From NCBI GenBank assembly GCA_963695855.1, contig CAVOHZ010000010.1:1312001-1376000 (forward strand): a stretch of DNA of 64,000 bases, written 5' to 3'. This document shows positions 33,701 through 45,238 of the stretch, one piece after another. The DNA comes from an uncultured Nitrososphaerales archaeon (GTDB taxonomy: Archaea > Thermoproteota > Nitrososphaeria > Nitrososphaerales > Nitrososphaeraceae). Position numbers and translations under genes: made by a program. The notes beneath the pieces are model-generated. The model worked only from the letters and a program-made list of their open reading frames with translations, searched no databases and was not told where the DNA came from. Each line of letters opens with the position of its first letter. Positions within the stretch are counted from its first letter, which is position 1.

Positions 33701-34717
33701 TGGTTTGTTGCATAACTCGTTTAACCAATCGTTCTCATTATTATATAATTGATTGATAATTATGTAACAGTTATACTTTGAAACCAGTTATACAACGATG
33801 CTTTCAACATTATCTCTCTTATCATGTTCTCTAACCTGATAGCAGTAACATATTCACCAAACATTCTCTTCATAGAGGAAAAAACAGATTCTACCATCCA
33901 TCTTTGTCCATAGCGTACACTATCTTTCCATTCTTGCAAATCATTCTTCTGCATTTTCACCATCTTGTTTCTAAGGTAATGATTGGTCTTGTTTCTGCAT
34001 CTAGAATTCTTTCTTACCTTTATTGCTGGTTGTATGCCTTTAAATGATAGAAACTGAAAGATCTTGTTGCTATCATAGGAACCATCCATGATAGCAGTAT
34101 CTATTACCTTATTCTGTTTTATTGCTATATAATCAACCAATTTTGGAAGTACTTTTACATCATGTACTTCTTCACTAGTAACATCTAATGATAGAATTCT
34201 CTTCTTTTTTATATCGACTGCTAAATGTATCTTTAGATATCCTCTTTTTACATTCCACTTGTGTCTAATCCATTCACCCCTCTTAGATACCTTTATACCG
34301 GTAGAATCAATTGCAATAACAAAATTATCATCATGCAAGTTAGATTTGGTTATATCATCAGAAATCTTGATATCCAGTCTATTTATTCTTCTGCTAATGT
34401 TACTATAATCTGGAATTGATGGCAAAGTGTTTGAAGCATGTTCTCTTACTACTCCTTCAGTTTGTCTGTAGGGTAAGTGAAAGTATGCTCTCATGTATCC
34501 CAATAACTTGACAAATGAATCTGGATATACGAATTTCCTACCTTCCTTTTCCTTATTCATCTTCTCTAGTTCAGTATTCCAGTTATCTATAACATCAAAA
34601 TCCAGTAATACCTCACCACGTTTAACAAGAGATTCGTTGTAATTTCTCCAGTTCACATAATATGACTAGAATTGGTTAGCTAAATGTGTTGAGAAGAACA
34701 AGTTGTGCAACAAGGCA
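33701..34717 (-). mobile_element. Complete IS5-family element with imperfect 16-bp TIRs and 8-bp target duplication GTTAGTTG
   Basis: Left end tggtttgttgcataac; right end gttgtgcaacaaggca; TSD at 33693-33700 and 34718-34725. Confidence 0.85.
33760..34656 (-). CDS. IS5-family DDE transposase (intact ORF)
   Basis: NWRNYNESLVKRG; IDSTG; DGSYD; RWMVESVFSSMKRMFG. Confidence 0.95.
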   Translation of the reverse strand: MNWRNYNESLVKRGEVLLDFDVIDNWNTELEKMNKEKEGRKFVYPDSFVKLLGYMRAYFHLPYRQTEGVVREHASNTLPSIPDYSNISRRINRLDIKISDDITKSNLHDDNFVIAIDSTGIKVSKRGEWIRHKWNVKRGYLKIHLAVDIKKKRILSLDVTSEEVHDVKVLPKLVDYIAIKQNKVIDTAIMDGSYDSNKIFQFLSFKGIQPAIKVRKNSRCRNKTNHYLRNKMVKMQKNDLQEWKDSVRYGQRWMVESVFSSMKRMFGEYVTAIRLENMIREIMLKASLYNWFQSITVT

Positions 34718-34856
34718 GTTAGTTGCTATATAATAGCGAGATCTCTTCATTCATAACCGTGATATGATTCTCTTTTTGGTTTTCTTTGATGAATTGTAAC
34801 TACTAACTATACTTTTACTCTACTTATTTTTATAATATACATAGTATAGTGAAACC

Positions 34857-35285
34857 ATGAGTAAATCAAATTTAATAGAAAAGAGAGAGAAAGAAAAGAA
34901 CGACTTTGGAGATGAAGTCCAGACAGTTATTTATCATTTTCCAAAAAAGGATCATGATAAAATGGTAGAATTTACTAAGCCATTTACTGATATATTTAGG
35001 AAACATGGTGTTCTACACTGGGGTATATTTCAGCTAAAAGATACTGAAAATATGGTAGAATTTACTAATATAGCCAAAACCCTATCAGCTAATTTAGATG
35101 AGGAAGAAGTATGGATAGAGATATTTTACTACAAAGATAAAAAACATAAAGATGAGGTTATGGAAAAAATGAAGAGTGATAAAAGTTGTGAACAGAGTTT
35201 TCAAGAATTTATGAAACTTGTAACCCCTGGATCTAGTGTGATCATTGGAGATTTTAATAGTGTCAAGGATATAGAGTTTATTTGA
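34857..35285 (+). CDS. DUF1428-like protein
   Basis: Dimeric alpha-beta barrel pattern; EEVW....YKDKKHKDEVMEKM..D. Confidence 0.65.
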   Translation: MSKSNLIEKREKEKNDFGDEVQTVIYHFPKKDHDKMVEFTKPFTDIFRKHGVLHWGIFQLKDTENMVEFTNIAKTLSANLDEEEVWIEIFYYKDKKHKDEVMEKMKSDKSCEQSFQEFMKLVTPGSSVIIGDFNSVKDIEFI

Positions 35286-35388
35286 AATTACAAGAAAATG
35301 GATGTAAATGTTATAGGCAATCAAAATAGATCCACAATTGTAATGGTGTATAACTCGTGATAAATAATAGCATAGATAGGAGTACAGC

Positions 35389-35581
35389 AATGACTGAGGA
35401 AGTGGAAAAAGAAGTTGATAAGACTAACCAATATCAAAAATCATATGGAAGTAAATTACTACATGATAAAGTAGCTATTGCTGTACATGGAGCAGTTGGG
35501 AGTCAGATTGCTCGTAAATTTTCTAAAGGAGATAAAGGTTTTCCTTTAAGGACAACTTGTCCAATGATAGTTGAGAGTTGA
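35389..35581 (+). pseudogene. SDR N-terminal fragment
   Basis: LLHDKVAI...GAVGSQIARKF. Confidence 0.4.
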
Positions 35582-35594
35582 AGAGTTGAATATT

Positions 35595-36650
35595 ATGAAA
35601 AAGATAATACCATTTTCAGTTTTGACAGTATCAGTAAAGAACATATTCTTAATTTCAATAATTATAATTATTGCTATTTTTCCATTCTTTATCCAACAAC
35701 AAATGATGGCACAACAGCAACAACAACAACAGATTCTATCTAATCAAAAAGTACCAAATATAGAAAGCCCAATTAGGGGACCTGATAATGTTCCTATGTT
35801 TTCCCATCATAAAATATATGTTAATGGTATTGAGCTTCACTATGTGATAGGTGGAGATGATATGCAAGGAGACCCCATAGTCTTACTGCATGGTTTTCCA
35901 CAAACTTGGTATGAATGGCGACACATTATTCCGCAATTAATAGCCAATAACTATACAGTAATAGCTCCAGATATGAGAGGTCTAGGAGATTCAGAAAAGC
36001 CACAAACAGGATACGACAAGAAAACTGTTGCAGAAGATATTTACCAATTAGTAAAGAAGTTAGGATATAGTAAAATCTATCTTGTGGCACATGATATGGG
36101 AGGACCAGTTGCATATTCTTATGCAGCTGCACATCCTCAAGATGTACGTAAAATGGTTATACTTGATACTCTATTACCAGGCTTTGGGGTTGAAGAAGCA
36201 GCAAACTTTTCACCAAAGGGATTATGGCATCTTTCATTTCATGCAGTGAGAGATCTACCAGAGAAATTGACTGAAGGAAAAGAAGACATATATCTTAATT
36301 GGTTTTATGATCATTACTCTTACAATCAATCTGCAATAACATCAGAAGATAGAGAAGAGTACATTAAACAATATTCTAAACCTGGTGCAATGCGTGCAGG
36401 TTTTGAATACTATAGAGCAGTTTTTGAAGATGCAGAACAAAACAAAGAATATGCCAAAGAGAAACTTGATATGCCAATATTGACAATAGGTGGAGAAGCG
36501 GGAGTAGGTAACTTGACTACAACTTCATTTCAAAGAGTTGCAAACAATGTTACAGGAATAACGTTACCAAATACAGGGCATTTCATACCAGAAGAAAGAC
36601 CAAATTTCCTGACAAAACAGGTACTAGAGTTTCTCAAATATCTTTTTTAA
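35595..36650 (+). CDS. Membrane-anchored alpha/beta hydrolase, epoxide hydrolase-like
   Basis: HGFPQTWYEW; nucleophile AHDMG; EYYRA; GHFIPEE. Confidence 0.92.
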   Translation: MKKIIPFSVLTVSVKNIFLISIIIIIAIFPFFIQQQMMAQQQQQQQILSNQKVPNIESPIRGPDNVPMFSHHKIYVNGIELHYVIGGDDMQGDPIVLLHGFPQTWYEWRHIIPQLIANNYTVIAPDMRGLGDSEKPQTGYDKKTVAEDIYQLVKKLGYSKIYLVAHDMGGPVAYSYAAAHPQDVRKMVILDTLLPGFGVEEAANFSPKGLWHLSFHAVRDLPEKLTEGKEDIYLNWFYDHYSYNQSAITSEDREEYIKQYSKPGAMRAGFEYYRAVFEDAEQNKEYAKEKLDMPILTIGGEAGVGNLTTTSFQRVANNVTGITLPNTGHFIPEERPNFLTKQVLEFLKYLF

Positions 36651-36792
36651 TAAAATAAATTTATTTTTTTTTGTTGGAAGAGACTATATTTTAGAAATAT
36701 TATTTACCAATCTCAAACATACATAAATCTTTCACTTTTTCTTATTTAGAATCCTGTCGAAATGATGGTATGATAATATGAAAAATTATTAG

Positions 36793-37548
36793 TTAGATCT
36801 GTGCCATACCTCCATCAACGGAAAGGTCGATGCCAGTTATATAACTACTTTCATCTGATGCAAGAAATGAAACCACTTTTGCTACTTCGTCAGGACTACC
36901 CATCCTATTCATTGGCACTGCGATTATTAGGTTCTTCTTTATTTGTTCAATCTGTTCTTTATTCTGAACCAAGCCTTCAACGGCAGGTGTATCTATTGGT
37001 CCAGGACTTACAGCATTAACACGGATTTTTCTGTTTCTCAAATCAACTGTCCAAGTTCGCGCAAACGAACGAACTGCAGCTTTGGTCGCATTATAAACAC
37101 TAAATGCCTCTATTCCTTTGGATGCAGCGATAGAAGCATTCAAAATGATAGAACCTCCATCCTGAAACAGCGGAAGTGCTTTTTGTACAGTAAAGAGGAC
37201 TCCTTTTACATTAATACTAAATATTTTATCAAAGTGTTCTTCAGAGATTTCTCCTAATGGAGAAAATTCTCCAATACCTGCATTTGCAAATAGAATATCA
37301 ATATGGTCTTTCTGCTCTTTCACAGTATTGTACAATTTATCAAGATCTGCCAGATTAGATACATCACCTTGAATACCAGTTACGTTTTTACCGATCTCTG
37401 ATACTGCTGCATCAAGTTCACTTTGACGACGACCTGTTATGAAAACATATGCACCTTCTAATATGAACCTCTTTGCAGTAGCTAAACCAATACCACTGGT
37501 TCCTCCAGTAATAACCGCAATTTTTCCTTCAAGTTTATTTTCATTCAT
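36793..37548 (-). CDS. Short-chain dehydrogenase/reductase
   Basis: TGGTSGIG; NAG; YNATK. Confidence 0.95.
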   Translation of the reverse strand: MNENKLEGKIAVITGGTSGIGLATAKRFILEGAYVFITGRRQSELDAAVSEIGKNVTGIQGDVSNLADLDKLYNTVKEQKDHIDILFANAGIGEFSPLGEISEEHFDKIFSINVKGVLFTVQKALPLFQDGGSIILNASIAASKGIEAFSVYNATKAAVRSFARTWTVDLRNRKIRVNAVSPGPIDTPAVEGLVQNKEQIEQIKKNLIIAVPMNRMGSPDEVAKVVSFLASDESSYITGIDLSVDGGMAQI

Positions 37549-38041
37549 CTTAAACTCACCTATTGTTATTAGATAACATAAGGTAATTATTTAAAGTAGT
37601 AAGTAATAATATAGTTATCAAGTAAATTTTTAGTAAGTTATTAAAAGAGAAAAGTGAGACACCGATTATTATTATATACATGATAAGAAATTTAGTTACC
37701 AATTAGAAATGAGAAAATTAATAATTTCAGTAGTCTAGATAAAAGTGATTGGAGTCAAGTAACCGTAACAATGATTGAAACAATTGTATCTTTATAGAGA
37801 AGTGATCTTGAAGAACACTTTACATATCTAATGTTAAGAATTCAAAAAAGATTTGATATTGAGATGTGTAATATTAGAGGTATCAAATGTTTTTCTTTTT
37901 TGAACAAGAATGAAAACTGACAACTTTTGCTAGTACTAATCAGGCCAGAGGTATAATGCTAGAACGGCAGAGTTAGACGAATAATGTCATTTTTCAACTC
38001 CGAAGTGTTTTTAACCTAACTCGGCCAGATAAAGTTGAAAA

Positions 38042-38266
38042 ATGAATGCGGAGGAAGCCAAGGCATTGTTGAAGGATAGAGGAGTTTCCGTTATGAATAT
38101 GCCTCATGGCTATATTGTAACGGTATCCAGACGGGAAGGCAGTCCGTCTCGTCGTATAGAAATGGATGAAATGGATGCCATCCTAGCACTTGGCAAGATT
38201 ACATTGCTTGCTGTTGAGGACACGGTTGGAGATATCCTTATCGAATGTTCGAAAAGGATCAAATAG
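38042..38266 (+). CDS. Hypothetical protein
   Basis: 74-aa ORF with GC above the flanks. Confidence 0.5.
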   Translation: MNAEEAKALLKDRGVSVMNMPHGYIVTVSRREGSPSRRIEMDEMDAILALGKITLLAVEDTVGDILIECSKRIK

Positions 38267-38502
38267 GTCGTCAAATGAAGTCATCTTTACCAAGCATATC
38301 CTCTCCATTCTCAACAGCCATCCTTAACAATAGAGCAAATTGTTATATCTGGGATGAATAGCAACTAAACCTTTTTGATATTCAAGTAGTTGCTAAATGA
38401 TCCGATAAACCAATACCAATAATTACAGAAAATATAGTAAATAGAATGGTCACTAAATCTTCTAAAGTTTAATAAACTCTATACAGGATGCTTATAATTT
38501 TC

Positions 38503-38890
38503 CTAAAGTTGGTTATAATTAATTCCAAAATTCTTCCATGCATTTGGATATATTTCTGCTAGCTTTTCTGGATCATGTAATACATAATGCCTTCCACTAA
38601 CCGAACTAAATCTTCCCTTCCAGCTAATACTTTCGCCTCATCTACACTTAACATCTCTTTGAATCTGATTAGGTTATAATGCGTTTTTCATATTGCAATA
38701 TTATGCAATTCTTGCTTTCGCAACTTGAAGATAAGCTCTGCATAACAGGAAGAACTTGCTCTAAAATATTGATTTAAATCCTTACATTTGGATGGTGAAC
38801 TTCTTTCTTTTGTTCTTATCGGCTCACAATATGGAAACATCTGTCTATCTTCATTTTTGCCTATCAGTTTTTGCATTCTTACTTTCTTCA
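38503..38890 (-). pseudogene. Tyrosine recombinase catalytic C-terminal remnant (archaeal SSV1-C-like)
   Basis: Frameshifted pieces KTHYNLIR...EAKVLAGR / SVSGRHYVLHDPEKLAE.Y..AW match the GR...HY catalytic end. Confidence 0.55.
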
Positions 38891-39528
38891 TTAGTAGGCC
38901 TTTCAAAAAATAGTTTCGTTTGTTAAATAATAAATTAAATTTGAGAATATTTATAAACCCCATATGTAAATTGTCTATGTGTCAGGCACAAACATGCAAT
39001 ATTGGTTACCATTTCATAGATTACTAGTTTGCCTAATTGGGGTCACTTTCTGAATAAGCCTAATCGTAGGTTTAGTTTCTGAGAATTCTTGGGCCCAAGA
39101 CTATAAAGCTAATAATGAACAAGGTTACTATGATTCAGTTTATCTGAGGAATTTGGATACTCATTCTATTAGATTTTCTTTAATGGCCCAACCTGAATTT
39201 GATCCTGTTGATTTTTATATAATATTTTATTGAAATTCCAGAAATAACCTTGATCATTAACACATTGAGATAGTTTCACGGCAGTAATTGAAAATAATAA
39301 TAGAAAAAATCTTTCCTTTAATCAAGAAAGAATAAGAAATGAAAAACGAAAAACTGACTTTCACTTATTATTATAGCGAGATAATGCTTATATGACTAGT
39401 TCTAGCACAAAAATAATTGTAGACATTCTACTACGGTTAAGAAACTAACAATAATGACAGTTTAATCATCAAAAAAGGAAGGATTAATTATGGTATTTTT
39501 ATTTCCGTTAAAAAAGGGATCTAAATCT

Positions 39529-40846
39529 TTACCAATAATTTGATTTGTTGTTGCTGCTGTTGTGGGGTATAATACATTCTTTATTTTCTTTGATCATTTG
39601 CTGCGATTTGAAGTACGCCATATTAAATACTAATAGATCTAACAACAAGTTATTTAGGGTGGTATTATACTTCTCGATTGTATCTACAAATTGTTTGACT
39701 CGTATAATGTCATTCTCAGTTAAACCTTTATCAAGTAGATTTCTCAAAATAATTCCTGTTGAACCCTGAGATAAAAGAATTAATCTCTTATTTTGTATTT
39801 CTTTATTTAAATCATATATCAAGTATTCAAGTCTTTTCTTTTCGTTTTCTAATGCTATATTTTTTTCATAACTTGAAAGAATTTCAAAAAATCGTTCTTT
39901 TATTTCTAGTGGATTCCTATCGTTTTCGGATGAGATCTCGTTTAAAACGTCTCGTATTTTTTTTAGATCCGGAAGACCGAAACCTAGTTTTTTTAGTTCA
40001 TCTAAACAATTTAACAATAGGGTTTTTGAGCTCAGAGAATCTGAATATTCGGAATCAATTTTCAAAGTTGTTTGAATGTCAATTTTTATCGTGTCACGTA
40101 TTCTTTTATTAGATTCAATTTGTTTGTCCAAACCTTCAAGAATCATTAATTTTTTGTAAGATTTCAAAAATATCCTTGTCCCTATATTTTTTTATTTTTT
40201 TTATAGTTGTAGCTAAAAAAGATATATCGTCGATTGGTATACCTTCCTTTTCTAAACCATCTTTAATATTCACATACCAGTCAAGTTTTGCCGATGATAT
40301 ACCAATTTTATCTTTCACCAAAGCATAATTCTCTTCTGCATCAGATTTTTCTTTTTCAAGGTTCTGAATATCCTCGGTCAAATTTTTAACTTTGTTTTCC
40401 AGTAACGCTTTCTCTTGTCTTTTTCCCTGGATAGATTCTTTCAATTGTGAAGGTGGGATCTCTTCTTTTGCTATTCTAATCATTTCCAGCAAACAATCCT
40501 GCATAACAGCCTTATTCACATCCAATTGGTTGCATAAACGATAAGCGTCTTTGAGGAAGATTTGTAGATTTTCATCATCAGATATTCCCAAATTATCAAG
40601 AATGTTTTTATATCTATATCCAAGTGCACATTCTTTTACAGTGAGATTTTCTTTTCTCAAGTGTACAACGAACTCTCTAATGGATTCAAGATCATATCCA
40701 GCTAGGGAATCTGAAAAAGTCTTGATTATGTTCGTGACAGAGCCCGTACTGATGCCACAATCTGCAGCATTTTCATCTCTAGCCATTCCCATTAGCCAGT
40801 TCTGTTTTACTTTAAATTCAATATATGATTCAATTTTTTCTGTCAT
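39529..40846 (-). pseudogene. HTH plus long coiled-coil protein split by a frameshift near 40140
   Basis: WLMGMARDENAADCGISTGSVTNII HTH; two overlapping same-strand ORFs. Confidence 0.7.
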
Positions 40847-40888
40847 ATGAAAGTTATTCGAAAAAAAATTATTTAAAACTTTGAATGA

Positions 40889-40948
40889 CGTCAAGATATC
40901 CGTCAAGTGGTCATCAAAACAGTCATTTCCGTCAAGAAATTCGTCAAG
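40889..40948 (+). promoter_or_regulatory. Four CGTCAAG direct repeats in two 12-bp-spaced pairs
   Basis: Copies at 40889, 40901, 40930 and 40942, just upstream of the HTH gene start. Confidence 0.55.
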
Positions 40949-41458
40949 TTGTCTTGAATTGTGATCCAGGAGTTATCAATAGGCATGAAGATATAGAGGA
41001 CGATAAACTGAACAAACGTTAAGTTGTAGAGGCAAATTATGAAACTGAAATAATCGAATTATTTTATGAGCTAAAGGTCGCTAGACGTCGCTAATGAATA
41101 AATTTACCAACAAACGATAGAATAGATTATTTTAAAAAATTTAAAATTACTAAATCTTGATGAACTGATAGAGATTTATTGAGCATTCGTTCTCAATTAT
41201 TCTTATTTTAAATTTTTATAACTCGGTAAAAATATCAATTATCAATTCTCATCATCTAGTCGATTTACAAAGATATACTCAAGAATTACCTCACCAATCT
41301 TATGTCTCAGCGCTTTCTGTATCTCCAGAGCCTTCCTGTGGTATACAAGAGTCCTGTTATAGTAGTGTAGAGTTTGGTGGATGAGGTAAAGATATGTTCC
41401 TATATTTTCACCAATTTGTTTTCCAGTTTTCTCTTCCTCTAATATTTAATGCAAAATC

Positions 41459-41585
41459 TATATGTTCTAACGGTGGCAGAAGTTATTCTAGATAGATTGA
41501 TTCCTTTACAGATATTAGTTATATATGTTCTAACGCCGGTAGAAGTTGTTCTAGATAGATTGATTCCTTTACAGATATTAGTTAT
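41459..41585. repeat. 63-bp tandem duplication within a decayed minus-strand, TPR-like gene
   Basis: Units start at 41459 and 41522. The downstream minus strand reads YHRKALEIQKALRHKIGE. Confidence 0.65.
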
Positions 41586-41713
41586 TTTGGATTCTTCTAC
41601 TTTAGGTATGATAGACCATGGTCTAGTCTTCAGAGGATCCTACTGAGATCGAGTATCATTTATCTTATGTTATAGGATGTTATAAGATGTAACCAAAAAA
41701 TTTAAGACTTACC

Positions 41714-42067
41714 TTGTGGTTGGCAAGTCCGCTGGTTAGAAAAAAAGTTAAAGCTTATCATCTTCACGAACCAGAAGATGCTTTAGTATCAGCAATGATC
41801 AACGACAAAAAAATAACAAATGCAAAACAATCAAGATCATTTGTCATAGGAGATATGGATGAAAAGGATATCTCCTATCTACAAAAACAAGGTCTAATAG
41901 TTCAAGTAATAGAAGATGATCCAATCGTTAAGACTCCTGGGACAGATGCAAAGAAGCTTTGTAATATAGATCTTGATCAAAATCTGAATAATGAGATTCA
42001 ATTTGCAGAAAATCTAAAAATACTTTTAATCTCCTTGGGTATTGCCTTTTGTTTCTGGTGCTTTTAA
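41714..42067 (+). pseudogene. N-terminal fragment of a larger unknown protein
   Basis: Protein-like N-terminus running into a low-quality tail. Confidence 0.35.
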
Positions 42068-42206
42068 TGCATACAAGAAATTACCTATGGCATTATTTTC
42101 TACATTGTGGTCAAACTGACTATCTGTTTGATTTTTTTGCTCTTGCTGCACCAATATTACAATATTATTATTGGTATGGGCCTAAATAAAATGACATTTT
42201 TGACAC

Positions 42207-42254
42207 GGGCTCGGAGGTGTGTGAATTGTTTTTGACACAATATTTTTGGCCCAT
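42207..42254 (+). repeat. att-like dispersed repeat, GGGCTCGGAGG head, dyad tail type I
   Basis: gggctcggaggtgtgtgaattgtttttgacacaatatttttggcccat. Confidence 0.8.
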
Positions 42255-42329
42255 ATGCTATCTTTGATTTATAATATCATGAGTTGATAAATAATAATAT
42301 TCTAAATAATCGTCCAAAATATTGATACG

Positions 42330-42530
42330 TTAATGGGTAGAAACAGAACAAAAACCAGAATGAGCTTCAAGCCATGCATAAAGATCCCTTATAACAGACT
42401 GCTGTATTGGGCCTATACCAGTTTGCCATTGAGATGAGGGATAGAATACATGACCAAGATTTGGATATGTGATTAGCATATGATCAGGATGTCTTACATC
42501 GGCTCTGACTATATGAAAATCTTTATTGGT
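42330..42530 (-). pseudogene. C-terminal fragment of an alpha/beta hydrolase
   Basis: HMLITYPNLGHVF...GPIQQSVIRDLYAWL. Confidence 0.55.
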
Positions 42531-42861
42531 ACCAATCCCTTCTGTATTCAGGCTAGGTTCAAAGTTAACATACTCCGTACGAGAGTGAGGCTCTGACTGA
42601 ACCAATATCCGAGCGGCTATACTACTACCTCATAAAGAAGGTGAATAGATGTTTGCCGCCTGTTAGCCGACATAAAAAAAAGAAAATAAAATAAAAAAAG
42701 AATGAAAAAAAGCAAAATCAAGGGAAAGTAACAAGTATAGCATATGCTATTTTAGATAATTTTTAATATGATGAATTATAATAGAATATTACGCTTAACA
42801 GGAACATAAGGATGACCTGATACAGATAGAGATTTTCATAGATGTTAACTTAACGAAAGAT

Positions 42862-44280
42862 CTAACTATATGTGAAGAGTCAAGTGAATCCAAATCAGAC
42901 AGTAAGTTATGCTCTAACAGTAGTATGATGTATGTAGGAATGGATCTCCATAAGAACTACTTACAGATTGGAGTAATGGATGAGAAAGGAAAAGTAATCA
43001 GCAATAGCAAAATAGAGAATGATATACAACAGATAGGGGATTTTTTGACCAGATCAATAAAATTAATAAAAATGATGATGGTAAGAACTGCTGCCACAAT
43101 CATCAAAAGATAGTAATGGAATCATCATGTGTGTATGGTATAACTATACGAATACTGGTCTGAAGAAAGAAATCTGGATGTAATACTATCAAATCCAATT
43201 AAAACAAGAGCAATTGGATCAGCAAAAAAAATAAAGACAGATAAACTTGATGCAGTAAAACTATCTAGTTTACTGAGAGGGGGATTCATATCAGAATGTT
43301 ATGTACCTAATAAAAAAACTATGGAACTACTTGATGAGCTGGTAAGACATAGAATTGCACTGGTGATGAGAATGAGAACCAGATTGAAGAACAAGATCCA
43401 TGGGATAATGCATATGAAAGGAATGCGAATTAATAGTAACAATAATAGTACTGCTCGCTTCACAATAGAGTATATCAATAAACTACAAGCATTGAACGAT
43501 TATAGAATTGATGCTTACATTCGTTTGATAGACTCATTTGATTATGAGATTAAACAGGTATCCAAGCAGATTCCTGCTGTGTATGCAAAAGAAGATATTG
43601 CAAGATTATTGGTGACAATACCTGGTATTAGATACCATATATTCTGCTCTTCTTCTTCTAATAAGTGAAATTGGCGATATTAACAGATTTACAGATTCAA
43701 ACCATCTTTGTTTGTTCGTATTCGGGATTGATACCATCCATCAACTCATAGTTCTTTCTGGTGGAATAACATATCATGGTAACATAACTAAAACAGGCAG
43801 TAGCAAATATCTAAGATGGATAATGGCTGAATGCATGCGTTCTCATATCAGCAGAACTCAACCTGACAGTAACATAACAAAATTCTGTTATAGACTGGCA
43901 AAAAAGAAGGGAAGTGCTAAAGCAACAGTTGCAGCATCATCCAAACTGTTAAAGATATATAGTCTACTGGATAATGAAAGAGAAGAGAGAATATACACAT
44001 ACAAATAACAACAATAACAATGATAAAATCGAAAGAAAGATTTAAAATTTATTATTATAGTTAAGGTGATAACAAATTATTATTACAGTCACAAGACATC
44101 TATTGAGGGAAAGCCTCGTCGATCTAACTGTGGTAACTCCTTAACAAATGGATAAAGACGGTAATGAGGGAAAGCCTCGCATGGATAAGTATCCGTTTCT
44201 ACAAATAATGAGGAGATGAATAAATAAAAAAATAACCATGATGAATTAAGATAAATATTTAATAATACTTCACATGGATA
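42862..44280 (+). mobile_element. IS110-family (IS1111-like) element with frameshifted transposase and about 270-bp right non-coding region
   Basis: GMDLHK, MESSC, KTDKLDA (DEDD); TIPGI, GNITKTGS.YLRW; sub-terminal inverted repeat atgtgaag (42870) / cttcacat (44268). Confidence 0.88.
44040..44215 (+). ncRNA. Putative bridge/seek RNA of the IS110 element
   Basis: TGAGGGAAAGCCTCG hairpin twice (44104, 44165); segments match both element ends. Confidence 0.45.
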
Positions 44281-44333
44281 TAGCTGTGAATGTCTTGCTT
44301 GTTTTTTATTTTATGATAGTATTCTTAAATTTA

Positions 44334-45238
44334 GAGCCTATCCCAAAAATAGATAGGAATATAGCTCGTTTGTTTCTTATCATATCTGATAATGTTTAAG
44401 AGTAAAAAGTATGTTAGAACAATTACACGCATTCCAGATGATCTATGGAATGAAATTAAAAATATTTTGCCAGATGAAAAGCCAGAGAACACTATAGGTC
44501 GTCCAATTGTTCCATATAGAAAAGTGTTTGATGGTATCATGTTTATCCTGAGGACTGGATCTCAGTGGAAAATGTTACCAATATAATATGGTTCTGGTTC
44601 TACATGCCATAGAAGATTTCAGGAATGGAGAGAATTAGGTATTTTCGATATACTATGGACTAGCTTACTAAAAATATATGATAACAAAAAAGGAATCAAA
44701 TGGTCATGGCAATCACTCGATAGTATATCTGTAAAATCGCCTTTAGGGGGGGGGGCGAAGACAGGCCATAATCCTACTGACAGAAGCAAATTAGGCAGTA
44801 AAAGACATATTCTTACAGATAAAGATGGTATTCCATTGTCTGCTGTTATAACATCTGCCAATACTCATGATGTTACTGTTGCAATTGATACAGTTGACAG
44901 CACAGTTATCAAAAGACCATCATTATTATCCAAACCAAAGCATAACCAAATGAAACAGAATCTGTGCCTTGATAAAGCATATCATTCCAAAGAAGTAGAA
45001 CAAGAAATTATCAAAAGGGGATACATACCACATATACGACACAGAAGAGAAGAAGAAGAAAGAATATTTCATAGAAAACATCCCACAAGAAGATAGGTAG
45101 TTGAGAGAACTAATTCATGGCCTAACAGATTCAGGAAATTATTTACAAGGTATGAAAAGAAGGATAAAGACTATCTTGGTCTTGTACAATTAGCAAATAG
45201 CATAATTGTTTATAGGAGGATAATTTTGGGATAGGCTC
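44334..45238 (+). mobile_element. Full-length IS5-family element with 15-bp TIRs, TTA target duplication and inactivated two-ORF transposase
   Basis: gagcctatcccaaaa / ttttgggataggctc; TTA at 44331-44333 and 45239-45241; nonsense codons at 44584 and 45094. Confidence 0.95.

Noticed and set aside
39087-39100. Perfect 14-bp palindrome tcttgggcccaaga
   Set aside because: Single occurrence with no context to assign a function.
41449-41646. 65-aa plus-strand repeat protein
   Set aside because: Arises from a 63-bp duplication. The opposite strand looks more like a decayed gene.
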